From Candidatus Paenibacillus intestinavium (GTDB lineage Bacteria > Bacillota > Bacilli > Paenibacillales > Paenibacillaceae): 50,389 nt of DNA. The stretch spans positions 1 to 50,389 of the forward strand of contig DXHF01000327.1 in NCBI GenBank assembly GCA_019113605.1. The letters run 5' to 3'. Numbering within the stretch: the stretch's first letter is position 1; each line of letters begins with the position of its first letter. This document shows positions 7,598 to 16,901 of this stretch, one piece after another. The position numbers were made by a program, and so were the translations under genes. Under the pieces are notes generated by a model that saw nothing but the letters and a program-made list of their open reading frames with translations, was not told the origin of the DNA and did not search any database.

Positions 7598-7699
7598 TAT
7601 ACGATAATCTATGTCGTATATAAGTTGTTACCTTAATAATATACGACTTCGTATATTTAGTCAATGGGTATTGAAAATTAATATACAACATCGTATAAT
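7598..7699. promoter_or_regulatory. Divergent sigma-A promoters with palindromic operators
   Basis: Minus strand TTGACT(7664-7659)-17-TATTAT(7641-7636); plus strand TTGAAA(7671-7676)-17-TATAAT(7694-7699); operators ATATACGA-CT-TCGTATAT 7639-7656 and ATATACAA-CA-TCGTATAA 7681-7698; extra half-sites at 7598-7604 and 7614-7620. Confidence 0.85.
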
Positions 7700-7722
7700 C
7701 TATTTTATAGAGGTGATTAATA

Positions 7723-7941
7723 ATGACCAAAACCGTTAAAGTAAGACCTAATCTCACAGCACTCTTGAAATCTAGAGGCATTACTCAAATGGAGTTATCC
7801 GAGATGACTGGAGTTCCACAAGGATCAATTAGTCGTTTTGATAAAAATGAACGTCATGAAGCAAATATTTTATTTTCAATATCGCAAGCATTAAATATTA
7901 GCATTGAGGATTTATTTGTCATTGAGGAGCAAGAAGGGTAA
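7723..7941 (+). CDS. XRE/Cro-C1 family HTH regulator
   Basis: LLKSRGITQMELSEMTGVPQGSISRF...ALNISIEDLF; GAGGTG RBS. Confidence 0.9.
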   Translation: MTKTVKVRPNLTALLKSRGITQMELSEMTGVPQGSISRFDKNERHEANILFSISQALNISIEDLFVIEEQEG

Positions 7942-7961
7942 AACCTCCTATGCTCCTTTTT
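7925..7961 (+). terminator. Intrinsic terminator of the XRE gene
   Basis: AGGAGCA...TGCTCCT stem followed by TTTT. Confidence 0.65.
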
Positions 7962-7988
7962 CATGACCATTGATTCAAGAATCCTTAA

Positions 7989-8297
7989 CTAATCGCCCAT
8001 CTCATACACTGGTATTTGAAGTTGGTCATCAGCTATAATTGCTTCGAGTTGGTTAGGATCGTTAATAACGCTCCAGTGACCGTTAGTTTTCATAAGAGCA
8101 ACTACATCAGGTGCATATGGCTCATCGATATTTACAACCAAATATGCATTAACCGATTTGTTATCTTTGATTCGTAATTCGTTCATCTTCCAAATGATTC
8201 GAGATAATTCACTGCGATCACGTTCGTCAAGATATTTTTCAACATCCTCATCCTTCAAAGCGGTAAACTTACGATTGTATCCACTAAATATTCCCAT
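7989..8297 (-). CDS. Hypothetical phage protein
   Basis: ORF track; coupled to DUF1064. Confidence 0.7.
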   Translation of the reverse strand: MGIFSGYNRKFTALKDEDVEKYLDERDRSELSRIIWKMNELRIKDNKSVNAYLVVNIDEPYAPDVVALMKTNGHWSVINDPNQLEAIIADDQLQIPVYEMGD

Positions 8298-8773
8298 TAC
8301 AATCTCCCTTTCTGTGCTGCAGCTCTCTTCAATAACTGTCTTTCAATTTTCTTTTGCGCTGCCTTTTTTTTCTTGATCTCAGATGTTTCCATCCATTCTC
8401 CCCGATGCTTAGTTAAAATTTGAATTTTCTTATCTGGAAACAAATTTGTGAATAATTTAAGTTTAAGCTTGAACGTTGGTGTTTCGACTCCCTTTACATC
8501 AACGATGATCTCCGATCCATCAGCAAACTTTAATAAAAAATCAGCAATGTAAGTAATCTTTGGAGCGTCCTGCAGAATGTAAGAAGGCTGACATATTACC
8601 TCGCTAAGCGTACCGTCTTGTACCATTGGTAGTAATTCTTGATAATACTCACCTTCTTTTTTGCTTGCGAAGCGAATGCCATTTATGTCTAGCTTGTACT
8701 GCTTCACTAACGCTTCTTCAAACAATGTTCCATCTGCGGTTACTATGACTGGCTTTGCATTATATTTATTCAT
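8297..8773 (-). CDS. DUF1064 family PD-(D/E)xK nuclease (putative resolvase)
   Basis: NKYNA, GIRF.SKKE..YY, YIADF, DVKG..T..FKLK. Confidence 0.88.
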   Translation of the reverse strand: MNKYNAKPVIVTADGTLFEEALVKQYKLDINGIRFASKKEGEYYQELLPMVQDGTLSEVICQPSYILQDAPKITYIADFLLKFADGSEIIVDVKGVETPTFKLKLKLFTNLFPDKKIQILTKHRGEWMETSEIKKKKAAQKKIERQLLKRAAAQKGRL

Positions 8774-9876
8774 TAGTCCTCCCTAACCCGGTACGGAAGC
8801 ACTAAGTAAATGCTATTTTCACCTTCACTTGTGATGTATATAGGCTTCATACTGCTGTTAACATTAATTGTTGCTTGTTCCGTATCTAGCGCTTTGAGAG
8901 CTTCAATGACAAACATCAAATTGAAATTCATTACTATTCCTTCACCGCTATAATCATCCAACCCCACTGAAACTGCTGCATCTCCACCAGAAGTATTAGA
9001 CTCTATCAATATTTCATTAGATAAAGTCATTTTCGCTTTTCTAACCTTTTCTTCCCTTGCTATAATTTCTACGTTTTCCAAAGCTGATAACATCTCACTC
9101 GTCTTAAAAGTTGCGCTATTGGAGAATGAAGTCTCTATTATTCTATCGATATTAGGGAAAGTACCTTCCAACACCCTAGAGTAAAATACAATCCCTTTCA
9201 TACGGGCTATAAATCCATCATCACCAAACTGAAATTCAATTTTGGCATTAGGTACAATTTTCATTAAAATATTTAATGTTTCACGACTCACAACAGTTGA
9301 AAATTCATTTTCCATATCAATAGTTAATTCAGTTCTCGCCATACGAGTGCGATCTGTTGCGGTTGCCCTTACTCTTCCTTCGAAAAACTCAAAATTTACT
9401 CCCATCAATATTACTGTTTCGGTCTTTTCATTTGCTGTGGCGAAAACAGTTTTCCGTACCATTTTTTTGAAATCTGTACCTTCCAGTATTACTGGTTCGG
9501 CTTTAACAGTCGGTATAGGAGGATATTCTTCAGGATCATTACCCATTAATTTGAATTTGTTTGAACTGCTTTTTATTGTGATTTCTAAACCTTTAGCTTC
9601 GAAAGTGAGGTCAGAACTTGCTTTCTGCACAATTTCCAGTACTCTGTTTCCCGGTATAACAATTATGCCAGGCTTGGTTACTTCGAAATCATCTGGACCA
9701 ATAGTTGCACTAATAAATACATGTGAATTTCCTGCTGTCATAGTTAATCCGTTCTGATCAACGACGAATAAGATGCCTGATAATATCGGAATAATATCTT
9801 TGCTTGGTAATGCACTAGCAACTTGTTTAAGCGGCTCAATAATAATATGCCTGTCTATACTAAATTTCATTTTCAC
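8773..9876 (-). CDS. dnaN: Phage-encoded DNA polymerase III beta sliding clamp
   Basis: 367 aa; IPILSGI, EEYP, ATDRTRMA, SRVLEGTFP and terminal YLVLPYR. Confidence 0.9.
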   Translation of the reverse strand: MKMKFSIDRHIIIEPLKQVASALPSKDIIPILSGILFVVDQNGLTMTAGNSHVFISATIGPDDFEVTKPGIIVIPGNRVLEIVQKASSDLTFEAKGLEITIKSSSNKFKLMGNDPEEYPPIPTVKAEPVILEGTDFKKMVRKTVFATANEKTETVILMGVNFEFFEGRVRATATDRTRMARTELTIDMENEFSTVVSRETLNILMKIVPNAKIEFQFGDDGFIARMKGIVFYSRVLEGTFPNIDRIIETSFSNSATFKTSEMLSALENVEIIAREEKVRKAKMTLSNEILIESNTSGGDAAVSVGLDDYSGEGIVMNFNLMFVIEALKALDTEQATINVNSSMKPIYITSEGENSIYLVLPYRVRED

Positions 9877-10072
9877 TACCTCCAGTCTCTTTCAATGCTT
9901 CAAGAACTATGGCTTCAAGTTCTTCCTCGTATCCTTTTTGAACATTGTATTTATGAATAAATGACCTGACGAATGCTTTGGCATCCTTTGGTTTGTATAT
10001 CTTCGCTAAATCTCGAATACTAGTACGTACATCGCTGTATTCAACGCTCGGTCGTTTTTTAATCTTGGCCAT
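9860..10072 (-). CDS. Hypothetical phage protein
   Basis: GGAGG RBS; overlaps its neighbours. Confidence 0.6.
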   Translation of the reverse strand: MAKIKKRPSVEYSDVRTSIRDLAKIYKPKDAKAFVRSFIHKYNVQKGYEEELEAIVLEALKETGGSENEI

Positions 10073-10934
10073 GTTCATTACCTCCCTCATCTAAACTTCT
10101 AGCGAGCTTCTTGAGTTCTTCCAACTCTTCTGCACTGATAGGCTTTGATTCATGATCCTTTGAATCAACTGTTGGTATAACCTTCTTACCGCTATATCCA
10201 CCTTTAGACTTCGTTTGCGGAGCTGAAGGAGATACTTCAAGATAATCCTTCCATCGTTCCTTTCGTAAAAACGTTGCTGGAAGCTTAATATATTCCTGTT
10301 CAGTGCCTTTACACGAAGTAGCATAATTTGTTGTTGCTTTCATAATGTCTGATAAAGGTATCTTCGTTCTGATTAATGCTTTGAATGCACTCTCTGCATC
10401 TTTCTTAGCTGCCTTTCTAGGATATATCTTCCAAAAAGAATCAAACGTTGCCGAAGGCGAACTATTCTTTAATTCTTTTTCTTCTTCTCTTTCTTGTTCT
10501 TCTTCTTTTTCTTCTTCTTCCCCCAAGTCTATGGATACCGTATCTAGTTCATATTGATACTGTTTGCATAGTTTATAAAAATCTATTACAAACTCTTTGT
10601 TTTTCACCGTTTCTAGCTCTTTTACTATGCACAGCTTCACTTTTGGACTATTTATTTTGTTGTATTTCAACCAATTCGGAAGCATAAGTTCTTGTGTTTT
10701 TTCGCTATAAACTATCTTTTCGTACTCTTCAAATCTATTCAATAATTTATCCACCGTATCGCGGTTATATCCAGTTTCCATCTCAATTACACGTTTTGGT
10801 AGTTCGTATATACCGCATTGAGTAGTTTTGCTATTCGTCATTAGATAGATATAGAAGTATTTTTCCTCAGGAGTAAGTCCTAAAACAAAGCCATCCTGCC
10901 AAAAGCTAGTCTGAACTTGTCTATAAGTTGCCAT
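10059..10934 (-). CDS. Phage replication initiator / replisome organizer
   Basis: ATYRQVQTSFWQD...EEKYFYIYLMTN..T.QCGIYE N-domain, E/K-rich linker, FDSFWKIYPRK C-domain. Confidence 0.88.
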   Translation of the reverse strand: MATYRQVQTSFWQDGFVLGLTPEEKYFYIYLMTNSKTTQCGIYELPKRVIEMETGYNRDTVDKLLNRFEEYEKIVYSEKTQELMLPNWLKYNKINSPKVKLCIVKELETVKNKEFVIDFYKLCKQYQYELDTVSIDLGEEEEKEEEQEREEEKELKNSSPSATFDSFWKIYPRKAAKKDAESAFKALIRTKIPLSDIMKATTNYATSCKGTEQEYIKLPATFLRKERWKDYLEVSPSAPQTKSKGGYSGKKVIPTVDSKDHESKPISAEELEELKKLARSLDEGGNEHGQD

Positions 10935-11154
10935 GAATACCATCCTTTCTGTCCAAATCCACAATCTGAATAGTTCGTGATGCATCTTTTCTTCGAGTAA
11001 TCAATCCATCTTTCTCCAATCTATCTACATGACCTTGCACCGTAGATGAAGATTTCAATCCAACACCTGCTGCTATCTCTCTAATTGTTGGAGCATAACC
11101 TTTAGATGAGATATGGTCCTCGATGAATTTCAATATTTGATCTCTTGTTTTCAT
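10921..11154 (-). CDS. Protein consisting only of a LexA-type DNA-binding domain
   Basis: QILKFI...GYAPTIREIA..VGLKSSSTVQGHVDRLEKDGLI.R...SRTI; 77 aa with no S24 peptidase domain. Confidence 0.88.
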   Translation of the reverse strand: MKTRDQILKFIEDHISSKGYAPTIREIAAGVGLKSSSTVQGHVDRLEKDGLITRRKDASRTIQIVDLDRKDGIHGNL

Positions 11155-11158
11155 GTCA

Positions 11159-11557
11159 TCACCTTGTCGCATTAGCTGTATTTGAATACTCAGCCAACAA
11201 CACTTTCAAACTATATTTAAGGGCATTAATTAATTCTCCATTTGATACAAAAGCGTTATTCCATCTGACTTTATCAGCTTCAAGTTCGGCTTCTTCTAGC
11301 CTTAGATTGGCTACAGCCAACTCCGCATTTTGTGCCTTATCCTTTGTAAAGGACAAGTATGTTTCTGCATAAACTCGTTTACGTTCAGCGTATTTCCTTT
11401 TGTAGTCACGTACTGCGTCTGCTGCTTTACGACCTAGTAGTATTTGTATCTCAGTCAAGTATTCAATCTTCTGAGACAGTGTAACAGGGTAGTCATGGCT
11501 ACATTGATCTGCCATGCTATATAACTCTCCAATCGTGTACTGTCGCTGTAACGTCAA
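11159..11557 (-). CDS. Hypothetical phage protein, helical
   Basis: AAGGAGG RBS; ORF track. Confidence 0.7.
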   Translation of the reverse strand: MTLQRQYTIGELYSMADQCSHDYPVTLSQKIEYLTEIQILLGRKAADAVRDYKRKYAERKRVYAETYLSFTKDKAQNAELAVANLRLEEAELEADKVRWNNAFVSNGELINALKYSLKVLLAEYSNTANATR

Positions 11558-11578
11558 TGTAGCCGACCTCCTTTAGCT

Positions 11579-12043
11579 CTAAAATGGCAATTCATCATCC
11601 GATATATCAATAGGTTGTCCACTGTCTTTGAAAGGATCTTTATATCCTGTGTTTGAATGGTCCGTTTGATAATTTGAATCACCAGGATGATTGGCTTGCG
11701 AACTATCTTTTTTATTACTGTCACGATTAGATTCCAAGAATCGAACATTATCAGCAATTACTTCCGTAACATATACACGTTTCCCCTCGCTGTTTTCGTA
11801 ATTCCGCACTTGAATTCGACCTTCAACCGCCGTCAACCGACCCTTGCGCAAGTAGTTAGCGCATGTTTCTGCTAATTGGCGCCAAGTTACCACTGGAATG
11901 AAATCCGCTTCACGCTCTCCACCAGCAGATGAAAATGGTCTATCTACTGCCATGATGAATTTTGCTGTAGCTACTCCAGATGGTGTATAAGTAAGTTCTG
12001 GATCTTTCGTTAATCTTCCAATCAATATCACACGGTTCAGCAA
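11579..12043 (-). CDS. ssb: Single-stranded DNA-binding protein
   Basis: NRVILIGRLTKDPEL...EADFI; C-terminal ISDDELPF. Confidence 0.97.
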   Translation of the reverse strand: MLNRVILIGRLTKDPELTYTPSGVATAKFIMAVDRPFSSAGGEREADFIPVVTWRQLAETCANYLRKGRLTAVEGRIQVRNYENSEGKRVYVTEVIADNVRFLESNRDSNKKDSSQANHPGDSNYQTDHSNTGYKDPFKDSGQPIDISDDELPF

Positions 12044-13860
12044 TTTATTCCCTCCTTCATTTCACCTATAAATCTACTTGGAGCAACAAACTCTTCTTTA
12101 CCCCACTTGGAAGTTGATCTAATTGATGAGACTATCAAACTATCTTTTGCCCTAGTAACACCAACAAATGCTAGACGTCTTTCTTCTTCCATATTGGTTG
12201 TATTTCGATGTGGGAATACTCCTTCATTCATTCCGATAAGGAACACAGCAGGAAACTCCAATCCTTTACTGCCGTGAATGGTCATTACCTTTACAGCATC
12301 CCGATCTTCTAACAATTTCTCCTGGATATCTCTAATCTTTACCCATTTCAGAAAGGCAGTAGGTGTACATTCTTCGCCAGCTTTTTGTTGTCGTTCTGTC
12401 CAGTAAAGAATGTAAGTAATCGCTCGTTCAATTTCTTCTATCCGATTGTTCAATGATCGTTCTGAATAAAATCCCTTAAGCTCTAAGCGTCCTACGAGAG
12501 TAGCAAAAGCGTCTGAAGCAAAGTAACTACCTCTAATCCCTTCTGCCAGATCATGTAGATCACTTACGTGCTGAAATACGGACTGCTCTTGTGATCCTAT
12601 CAGCGCTCTCCAAAGCTCAATTGATTTATCAATTGCGACCTGCTCAGCTTGTTGTAACTGAGTATCTGTCAACTTTCTTTCAGGGAATTGAAGCACTCGC
12701 TTAAAACTCATTTCATCTGATGGATTAATTGCCCAATCCATATATGCTAGTAATGACTTAACATCTGGGCGCTTTAGAGGATCATCCGAGCCGCTTAATA
12801 TCATTGAAGGAATCTTTGCTTCTTTTAGTGCTCGATGTACTAGCTCAACTTGTGAGTTAGTTCTAGCCAAGACAGCAAAATTAGAAAAAGGAATCTCTTC
12901 ATTTTTATTAGAAATTTGACTCACTATTGATAAGGCTTCTTCTAGCGAATCATCGTAGTTCAAGATATTTATTTCTTGCCCACTCTTATTTGCAAAGAGT
13001 TCCTTTTTGGTTTGATTCACATTAAAAGAAATCAAATTATTAGCGGCATTAATTATCTGTACTGTTGAACGGTAATTTTGTTCTAGCTTGATAACTTCAG
13101 TGCCGGGGAAATCATTTGGAAACTCTAAAATATTCTCAACTCTAGCTCCGTTAAAAGAATATATTGTTTGAAAATCGTCACCAATTCCGAATAGATTTAC
13201 TGGATTAAGAATCTTAATTAATTGCAATTGTTCAATGTTTGTATCCTGAAACTCATCCACAAACACGTATTTCCAAAGCTTCCTATAACGCTCGACAATG
13301 TCTGAGTGCTTCGTAAATAGTTCAATGACCTTTGTTATCAGATTGTCCAAATCAACCGCATTGAAGCGCTTAAGCTGCCATTGATACTCTTTCCAAACGG
13401 CATCCTCTGGACTGTTCTTAGTAAATGACCACTTAGCCTTTTCCATCTTTCCGTATGTTGTTTTGTATTCTGAGGTTTCGATAATTGATTTAATAACTTC
13501 CGCTCGATCCTCTTGGCTGTAAATGGTGAAGCTTCGATCTAATCCGATTCGGTGACCCCACTCTTGCAGTATGCGAACTGCAAGAGCGTGGAACGTACAA
13601 CAGATTAATTTCTTTGTTTCTTCACCGATCAATGGTTCGAGTCTATCTTTCATTTCTTTGGCTGCGGCTCTAGTAAATGTGATTGCTATAATAGAAGAAG
13701 TGCCTACACGACAATTTTTGTTAAGATGGGCCAGTCTGTGAGTTAACGTCCTTGTTTTTCCTGTGCCAGCTCCTGCAAGCATCAGTATTTTGTTCGACTC
13801 AGACAAAACCGCCCTAGCCTGTTCCGCGTTAAGTCCTTTAGTTAAGTCCAAGCCAATCAC
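12037..13860 (-). CDS. UvrD/PcrA-like SF1A helicase (phage-encoded)
   Basis: AGAGTGKT, VDEFQD, GDDFQTIYSF, LEQNYRS, TIHGSKGLEF and EEERRLAFVGVTRA motifs are all intact. Confidence 0.93.
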   Translation of the reverse strand: MIGLDLTKGLNAEQARAVLSESNKILMLAGAGTGKTRTLTHRLAHLNKNCRVGTSSIIAITFTRAAAKEMKDRLEPLIGEETKKLICCTFHALAVRILQEWGHRIGLDRSFTIYSQEDRAEVIKSIIETSEYKTTYGKMEKAKWSFTKNSPEDAVWKEYQWQLKRFNAVDLDNLITKVIELFTKHSDIVERYRKLWKYVFVDEFQDTNIEQLQLIKILNPVNLFGIGDDFQTIYSFNGARVENILEFPNDFPGTEVIKLEQNYRSTVQIINAANNLISFNVNQTKKELFANKSGQEINILNYDDSLEEALSIVSQISNKNEEIPFSNFAVLARTNSQVELVHRALKEAKIPSMILSGSDDPLKRPDVKSLLAYMDWAINPSDEMSFKRVLQFPERKLTDTQLQQAEQVAIDKSIELWRALIGSQEQSVFQHVSDLHDLAEGIRGSYFASDAFATLVGRLELKGFYSERSLNNRIEEIERAITYILYWTERQQKAGEECTPTAFLKWVKIRDIQEKLLEDRDAVKVMTIHGSKGLEFPAVFLIGMNEGVFPHRNTTNMEEERRLAFVGVTRAKDSLIVSSIRSTSKWGKEEFVAPSRFIGEMKEGINC

Positions 13861-15982
13861 CGTCCGACTGTGGCGTTAAATCCCAATATGTCCAACCCTC
13901 TAGCGGAATATTTTCTACTACTCCAGCAATAATGATGTTGTCCAGTTTGTGAGATAGAGCATTTAGACCATTCAGAACATTTCGTAAATTTGTTTTATCG
14001 AGATTCTGAATTTCATCAAGCGCCAAAACTTTCAACTTTGGATTAGCTCTTTCAATCAAAGTGACCAAGAAAGCTGACAAGAACATTAGCTTTTCTCCTT
14101 TAGATAGAGCGTTGAATTTCATACGACGTTCATTCTTAATCCAACCGAATTGGAATACTTCTTTTCCAGTTTCTGATTCGGTAGAAAAGAAGCAAGGAAG
14201 ATTAATCCCCATCAAACGTAAATTCACATTTACAGCTTCTTCGATCGGACCAAGAATTGATTTTACTAACTCCCCTTGAACGCCCTTTGCTCCTAAAGCT
14301 AATGAAATCTTTTGACAAGCTTTGAAGTAGTATTGAGCCTTACTAGCGCTCATCATGGCTTGCTGTTTATTTGAAAGTGTAGTCTTTGCTTTCTCTTTTT
14401 CTTCGATTACTCGTTCAGCTTCTGCTATCTGATTGGTTAGAGCTTCTAACTGTGGTTCTAATATATCTAATGGTGCAAAGGCAGGCATTGGCTCGCCAAT
14501 TAATCGATTTAATTCTCCTTGCAGCATGATTTGACGATTAAGATTGTTCTGGTGTAATTGTTGCGCGTTTCTTTCTTCCTGCCTGAACGTTTCAATTTCA
14601 TTTCGAAGCTTATCGTTATTTTGAGATTCACTCATAAATTGTTCATGCAATTTCATCTTTCTCTGTTCGATATCATTGGATTGTGAGTTGAAATCTCTCC
14701 ATCCAACTTTCAAGCTATCTTTATCACCGTTAAGATCAGAAATTTTCGATCTTATCTTTGAACCATTATCATTTGCAAAATTTATAAATCCAGAAAAATC
14801 CTTGTCACAAGCTATCGCATTATTTAACACACATACACTTGCACCCTTTTCTTGAATATTCCGAATCACTGTGTCATAGGTGTGAAGCTCAGCTTCTAAC
14901 TTGCTAATTTCAGAGTTGATTTGAGCAACTTTTTCTTCTGTTTCCATTTTGTTGAATTGAAGAGCATTCATTTGTTTCTGCAAACCTTCCGACTCAACAG
15001 AAATGTCGGTTTGTTGTATTTGTTCTTTAATCGTTTGAATCTTGGATTCATAATCTATATTTTCAACGTTAGTTAATTTAACAGATAGAAAAGCTATTTC
15101 ATTTTTGTAATCAGAAATTCTTTGCTGATTCGCATCCCATTGACGCTTAAGCTCTCTTCCAGCAGTAATCTGTCCATGAACATCCGTATGATCTATACGA
15201 AGTCGAACTAACTCCTCTTTCTTCAATGAAATACCTCTGTCCGTTTCTTCAAGCTCATTTTTCATATCATTTAATTCACGTACAGCACCTACAGCATCGC
15301 TCTTTTTCTTATTCCATTCCTTTTGCTGACCATCGATCCAAGATATAACCGCTTGTAAACCTGATGTAAGCTCATAATCTTGCGGCCAATGAGACAGCGC
15401 TTCTCCAATTAATTCATTAGCAGCTTCATACACTTCAGGTGAATTTACCTTTAACACTTCTGTCAGTATGTGTTCTCGCAAATGAGTTTCAACACGTTCC
15501 CTTGTCCACGAGTCGTTAGTAATCGGAGAAAGCGAGTACATGTAATCACGCTTTTTAGCATCAGATAATTCCGTAAATACTGAAAAGTCGAATACAACAG
15601 GGAAACTACCAATTTCCGATGTGACTCTAGCTTCTAATTGAGCATTTGTTTTTTCTCCAAGATTAGGGGAAACGGTTAACGATTCGCTGTATTTGATATC
15701 CGTTTTACCATCACCATTCAGTTTTTCAGACCGCTTAATCGTGCGATCGAATGAAAATGAACCCGTTTGAAGACCAGCAGACATTACATCTCCACTGCTT
15801 AACTCAAATGTATCTTGAATCTTCTTACCCTCACCAGGTACATAACCTAGCATTGCATAGCCTACCATTTGCTGTATGGCAGACTTACCAGAGCCGTTAG
15901 GACCAATAAATATATCCATACCTGTTAATGGCTGCGTAAGTGTCTTTCCTTTTGCGTTGTGAATACGAATTGAATTAATCAT
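13838..15982 (-). CDS. Rad50/SMC-like ABC ATPase with a long coiled coil
   Basis: Walker A GPNGSGKS, central CVLNNAIAC, signature LSKGEK, Walker B LALDE. Confidence 0.85.
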   Translation of the reverse strand: MINSIRIHNAKGKTLTQPLTGMDIFIGPNGSGKSAIQQMVGYAMLGYVPGEGKKIQDTFELSSGDVMSAGLQTGSFSFDRTIKRSEKLNGDGKTDIKYSESLTVSPNLGEKTNAQLEARVTSEIGSFPVVFDFSVFTELSDAKKRDYMYSLSPITNDSWTRERVETHLREHILTEVLKVNSPEVYEAANELIGEALSHWPQDYELTSGLQAVISWIDGQQKEWNKKKSDAVGAVRELNDMKNELEETDRGISLKKEELVRLRIDHTDVHGQITAGRELKRQWDANQQRISDYKNEIAFLSVKLTNVENIDYESKIQTIKEQIQQTDISVESEGLQKQMNALQFNKMETEEKVAQINSEISKLEAELHTYDTVIRNIQEKGASVCVLNNAIACDKDFSGFINFANDNGSKIRSKISDLNGDKDSLKVGWRDFNSQSNDIEQRKMKLHEQFMSESQNNDKLRNEIETFRQEERNAQQLHQNNLNRQIMLQGELNRLIGEPMPAFAPLDILEPQLEALTNQIAEAERVIEEKEKAKTTLSNKQQAMMSASKAQYYFKACQKISLALGAKGVQGELVKSILGPIEEAVNVNLRLMGINLPCFFSTESETGKEVFQFGWIKNERRMKFNALSKGEKLMFLSAFLVTLIERANPKLKVLALDEIQNLDKTNLRNVLNGLNALSHKLDNIIIAGVVENIPLEGWTYWDLTPQSDGDWLGLN

Positions 15983-16842
15983 TAGAATCGTGTACCTCCT
16001 TCAGATAAGAACGTAAAATCTTCAGTTGCTTCTTCTTTTGAAATATCCACGGATGTTTCATCCACTTCTCCACCAGTTACTTTTCCAGTTGCAGTGTATT
16101 CACGCAATATTTCAGCTATTTCCTTGTCGCCATATTCATTTCTATATGAACCTACAAGCACATCAGCGATACCGTTCAACGCTTTTGTTTTAGTTGGTGG
16201 CATACAAGGTTGACGCTGTAGCGAAGCTTTGTATGCCATCGTCCAAGCCTTCTTGTCGCCATACCGCTTGTTGTTGATGAAGTTTTGTACTGCAGCTGAG
16301 ACTTCTGGATAAACACGATCACCATATATCCCTATATCTCCATCAAATAGCATACAGATGCCATTTTTCAAATCATCATCTGTCAAAGTGCCAGCCATGT
16401 AATACTTACCTACATCTTTATTTTTTTCGATTGCTTTTGAAAGTTCATCAGCAAATGCAATTTTTGCATCAAGTACAATTGTTGCAGAGCTTACATAAGG
16501 CTTTCCTAGTGTATTTTTACCAATGGCAATATGCTTTGCCCAAAATTTATGAGCTGTACCTGTGGTTGGATCAAATTCTATATAAGGATTCCCAACAGTT
16601 CGGCCATCGGGAAGTAAGATTGAATCAGGAGATATACAATGTACTCCGGCTACTTTATTACAAGCCTTGTAACCGTCGGTCGTAATCAACCATTCACCAG
16701 TATCTAATTGATAGATTTCATTTTCTGAATTGCTTAGTCGTACAACAGCAGCTACTTGATCAAGGCTGATAAATAGTTGTCCACCCTGAACGTTTGCTGG
16801 TATCCAATTGTGTGGATCGATGATTGGACTGACATTAACCAT
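15982..16842 (-). CDS. Hypothetical protein at the position where a recombinase usually sits
   Basis: GAGGGAG RBS; first gene of the ATPase-helicase-SSB run; no recognised motif. Confidence 0.75.
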   Translation of the reverse strand: MVNVSPIIDPHNWIPANVQGGQLFISLDQVAAVVRLSNSENEIYQLDTGEWLITTDGYKACNKVAGVHCISPDSILLPDGRTVGNPYIEFDPTTGTAHKFWAKHIAIGKNTLGKPYVSSATIVLDAKIAFADELSKAIEKNKDVGKYYMAGTLTDDDLKNGICMLFDGDIGIYGDRVYPEVSAAVQNFINNKRYGDKKAWTMAYKASLQRQPCMPPTKTKALNGIADVLVGSYRNEYGDKEIAEILREYTATGKVTGGEVDETSVDISKEEATEDFTFLSEGGTRF

Positions 16843-16870
16843 TCACAAATCTCTCCCTCGTTGTTATAAT
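16842..16870 (+). promoter_or_regulatory. Sigma-A promoter antisense to the early operon
   Basis: TTCACA(16842-16847)-17-TATAAT(16865-16870) with an extended -10 TG. Confidence 0.6.
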
Positions 16871-16901
16871 GAGGATAATATCAAGTGTCGAAACAAGATA
16901 T

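Noticed and set aside
7575-7781. N-terminal extension of track ORF 7377..7781
   Set aside because: It crosses both promoters and the XRE gene; the strong RBS is at ATG 7574.
10470-10546. Replication-origin iterons in the initiator gene
   Set aside because: Only a TTC-rich tract encoding the E/K linker and one GATACCGTATC palindrome are visible. An origin is plausible, but there is no clear iteron array.
12037-15982. Gabija or Lamassu defence system
   Set aside because: No TOPRIM domain or effector gene is visible, and the genes are coupled to ssb in the lytic early operon. Kept only as an analogy.
222-16452. Other CTGATGA/TCATCAG hits (~222, ~4357, ~8025, ~16445) as further hammerheads
   Set aside because: None is followed by a stem II, GAAA and flanking stems; all lie within coding sequence.
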